DNA of 64,000 bases from Andalucia godoyi And28 (lineage: Eukaryota > Protista > Jakobida), in contig VRVR01000013.1 in the NCBI GenBank assembly GCA_009859145.1, forward strand, positions 272,786-336,785, in the 5' to 3' direction. The translations under genes and the position numbers were made by a program. Each line of letters opens with the position of its first letter. The first letter of the stretch is position 1. This document shows positions 60,672-64,000 of the stretch, piece after piece. The notes beneath the pieces are model-generated. The model was given only the letters and a program-made list of their open reading frames with translations, was not told the origin of the DNA and made no database searches.

Positions 60672-62927
60672 CATGGAGACGTTGGTTAATCGGTTAACCG
60701 GTTAACCTAATAACCAATAACCAGACTGACCTTGGGCTTGGTTACTAGTTAAAAGTGGTTACACTACGGTAGATTTCCTTTATTCGCTAAGAATCTGCTA
60801 CATCTACGATGTCCACGAAGTCATCGCCACCATCTTCTGAAGCACTGATCTCTGTAATATCTCGCTTGATAGACGCTACCACGTCTCTCATGACACGGCG
60901 TCCATTCAATCTGATCATCAACTCAGCATCTAGCAAGTCAAAGGAGATGTTGTGTCTTCCGTCGACAAGTTGGCCTTGAACAGAGAATGTCCGTTCCACA
61001 TCGGCCTGCGTGCAGCCGACTTCTGATAAAGCTAGCACAGGACCAGCGATCAGAACATCCCGATTGAAAGCTGCAGTGTCCAAAAGGAGACGAAATCATT
61101 CTCGTATTCTTCCAAACAGCCGAATGCATTCGAACGCATCCTGTACTCCGCCAATTCACGTTCTACCTGTGCCTTGATTTCCCCTCGTCGTCGTGAAAGC
61201 ACAGCAGCAGGCGGGTCCTCTTTTTGAAGAGCAAATCCAAGACAAAAATCGACAGTCTTCCGAAAAGCATTCGCTTCCAAACCTGCAATGTTGAGATCTC
61301 TGCGCTTCACTGGATCGAGAAATGCCAGAATTGTAGACAATAATGAATGATTGAGGTTTGAACTCCAGCGGGCAGTGTACGCATTGATGACCGCGTTGCA
61401 GAGTTGTATTTTCAGGGAATCTTGGGAAGCATCTCGGATCTCTGTGACTTCACGACCTGCTTTCGCCAAGACGTCCCACAGAGAAATCGCTTGGAAAGCT
61501 TCGGCTTGCACGGTGTCCGTAGCGCAAGCAAAGGGCTTCATCGCAGTGCAGAAGGCAGTCAACTTGTTCTTCCACTCTTCAGAGCAGAACTGATTGGCTA
61601 CGGAAGTACCACCTATTGCACTGGAATAGGCGTTCCAGCGATCAAGAACACGTCTTGCAGCGTTATAATGAGAGTTCCAGCGAACATCAATGGGCTTGAC
61701 GATCTTCAAAGGAGTTATAGCAGGTTGAATAACCTGCACCGCATGGAAAATCTTTGCAACTTCCTGCTGTCTGAATGGTGCGAGAGATGCTGACATCTGC
61801 TGCATAAAGTCAGGAATCTGCTGGGTAATTGCGTCTTTCACAATCAACTGAATCGAGTGTGCAGCACAGCGGACGAAAAATGCCCATGGGCGAAATTGTG
61901 CTATGTATGATTCAATCCCGCGAACGAAATTAGCTCCATTGTCAGAACAAAAGGAAACCACTGTCACCCTGCCACCGCGCTCGATGTCTTCAACAATCTC
62001 TTTTAGGATAGCACAGATCCTGTCTCCTGTTAAAGACTCTGTTAACAGAAGACCTTTGTAGTAGTACGATTGGTTTCCCACAACAACGCAGAAATTCAGC
62101 CACGATCCGTTTGTATTGTCAGCCTGGGTCGAATCGCACATGAGACAAGCAGCGTAAGAGCTCTTCACAATTTTCTCGACCTCAGACCGCACTTCTGCTG
62201 CCAGACTCCGTACTTCGGACTTCATTGTCTGTTCCGACATATGCACACCAAACGCTTGTCTGAAAGACTCGTTTCGCAACAACTTGTAAGACAAACGATT
62301 GTCGGCAAAAGCGAAAGCAATCAATGTTTTCCGTTCCGCTTGATTCTTCTTCATTCGTTCAAACAATGTCGGTAAATTGGAAGACGAACCAGAAATGGTT
62401 CTCGACATTTCAACGGGAGCAGACATTGCATGGGCATGCTGCAAATGATAAGCACAATTCGAAGTTTGGAAACGAATTTGGTATGTCTTTTCATCATGTG
62501 CGCACAGCAGACATCGCGCTTGTTGGGCACCATTTACAACGAAATAGGACGCCACCCAAGAACGGCATTTGTCCGCCACCATGAATCCTTCCGTTGCAAG
62601 AAGAGCGATGAGTGCTTTCTTTCGATCGGCAGTCAAAACGGACATTTGAGAAAGGCGGTGAAAACCGAAAAGTCACTTTTTTTGAGAATTTCGTCACTAG
62701 AAAATGGAAATGCTGGAAAACAGGACAGCAGAGATGGAAAGTCGAGCGAAGGGCTTGGTGCGATGGCAAGGAACTCAGGGCTCAGGTCCTCTTCAAATGG
62801 CGTGATCACCACATTTGGCTGATTCAATGATCTGGATTGATGCCTTCTGGCCACAGCTAACCGGTTGTTAACCGTTAATAACCAATAACCGACTCTTCGC
62901 CGGTTAGCGTTAACCAGGGTCTCCCTG
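60672..62927 (-). mobile_element. hAT-superfamily DNA transposon, 2256 bp
   Basis: Exact 8-bp TSD ACGTATAT at 60664-60671 and 62928-62935; TIRs CATGGAGACGTTGGTTAA vs CAGGGAGACCCTGGTTAA (15/18); subterminal GGTTAACC/TAACC clusters; internal transposase. Confidence 0.95.
60787..62645 (-). pseudogene. hAT transposase with BED zinc finger, split by one frameshift near 61050-61083
   Basis: BED finger (W..YF...ARCLLC...NCAYHLQHAH); LMCDS, SFCSDNGANF, CAAHSIQL, VRWNSHY; the dimerisation domain with ADVERTFS lies in the second frame (60787-61083). The span is 1859 nt, one base short of 620 codons. Confidence 0.9.
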
Positions 62928-63328
62928 ACGTATATTCCCCCGTATATGCATGACAATGACTTGTCATTATTCAACGGTTTCTTTTTAACATATTCATACG
63001 CCAGAAAATAGTGAGTGGAGAATAGGAATTATTACGCAACATCTACATTACACTCGCGATCAACCGGATAAGTGCGGAATAGCGTTTCCCTAGCTCAGTG
63101 CAGTCTTTTCCTATTGTTGTATATACAGAGTTTTACTTTTCTTTTTGTTTTTACTTTTGCTTTAACTTTCACTGTTTATTCCCCTCCGTTTTGTTCGACA
63201 TCTAATAATAATAATTACGGTTATTTTTCTGTTTGGTGTTTTGGGCTCGTCGGTTCCCCTCGATTATTCATCGTCATTACCTAAACCTAAACCTTGTGCA
63301 TAGTTGGAAAGAGTTGATCCGCTAGTGA

Positions 63329-64000
63329 ATGATTATGAAACCGTCTCGGACTGGCGATCCGTATGGGCTCCCGCGGCCATCTTCGCGGGTTGCAACGAAC
63401 CAGCGATCGGTGTCTCCGCTTGCGAAAATGAAACAAATGGACGATGAAGTGCGTCGATTGCAGTCTCTTGGAAAGCACATGGATGCGCTGGAATTTGCAG
63501 AAAAGTCTGTTCAGCTGAGATTCCGCACGTACGGAGAGGACTCTCATGAGTATTTGGAAGGGTACGTAAGACTAGCGGAGGCGTACAATGCGGTTTCGAT
63601 ACAGCTTGTCCAGTATGGATCGATTCATGCAGCATCGCGGACGCTGTCGAAGTGCGAATCTATGCTGTGGTCTCCGTCCCTGTATCCGCGGCAGCACGAC
63701 CTAGGCTCCGGCTTGATTGCCCCAAATTCTTCGACGATGGGGTCCAGCAGATTAAGAAGGCCTATGTCGGCTCGCAATGCCTCGTTCTCCGGCCCTGTGC
63801 ACTCCGGTCACTCCGGTGCAAGAGGTGAACAGCCGCTTCCCGCACAGCGAGTCATACGGTCTTCGATTTCGGACGAGTTCAGCGTTATGCATACGGTGGA
63901 AATGTCCAGTGTGCCGACACCACTGCAGCTTTCAAAGGCGGAGATGTCCCGGCTGAGAAGCGTGACGCTGAACAATTTTGCATGCTTGTACAGAAAACTC
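63329..64000 (+). CDS. TPR-like protein, 3'-partial
   Basis: Open frame from ATG 63329 (or 63335) to the window end, absent from the ORF track because it has no stop: LQSLGKHMDALEFAEKSVQLRFRTYGEDS...LAEAYNAVSIQLVQYG...RSVTLNNFACLYRKL. Confidence 0.8.
   Translation, partial: MIMKPSRTGDPYGLPRPSSRVATNQRSVSPLAKMKQMDDEVRRLQSLGKHMDALEFAEKSVQLRFRTYGEDSHEYLEGYVRLAEAYNAVSIQLVQYGSIHAASRTLSKCESMLWSPSLYPRQHDLGSGLIAPNSSTMGSSRLRRPMSARNASFSGPVHSGHSGARGEQPLPAQRVIRSSISDEFSVMHTVEMSSVPTPLQLSKAEMSRLRSVTLNNFACLYRKL

Noticed and set aside
61050-61090. Programmed -1 ribosomal frameshift in the hAT transposase
   Set aside because: No X-XXY-YYZ slippery heptamer in the overlap; mutation or sequencing error is more parsimonious.
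1-64000. tRNA, rRNA or spliceosomal snRNA genes
   Set aside because: No T-loop/D-loop tRNA signatures, rRNA or U-snRNA hallmark sequences were recognised by eye; a covariance-model scan would be needed to exclude them.

Overview
Gene-dense, intron-poor eukaryotic DNA in the standard genetic code: GC-balanced coding blocks separated by short A/T-rich spacers. The cilium/centriole genes suggest a flagellated protist (inference; species not determinable). About 27 protein-coding genes are present. Housekeeping: DCAF1, MON2, RAD23, TRM8/METTL1, cyclin H, OST48, LSM5, UPF1, TatD, malic enzyme, CCT8, NAD kinase. Ciliary/centriolar: BART/ARL2BP, an axonemal-dynein-light-chain-domain protein, SFI1-like, a TOG+PPP1R42-like LRR protein, TTC23-like. 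Three introns are supported by reading-frame phase; one is GC-AG. Mobile DNA: (i) a complete hAT transposon (60672-62927) with an exact 8-bp TSD, TIRs and a BED-finger transposase broken by one frameshift; (ii) a decayed Fanzor/TnpB-like element (20768-21894) with TA flanks, imperfect TIRs and a structured right end that could encode the guide-RNA scaffold; (iii) a second, divergent Fanzor-like N-terminal remnant (about 56.8-57.2 kb). All family assignments come from motif recognition by eye, not database searches.
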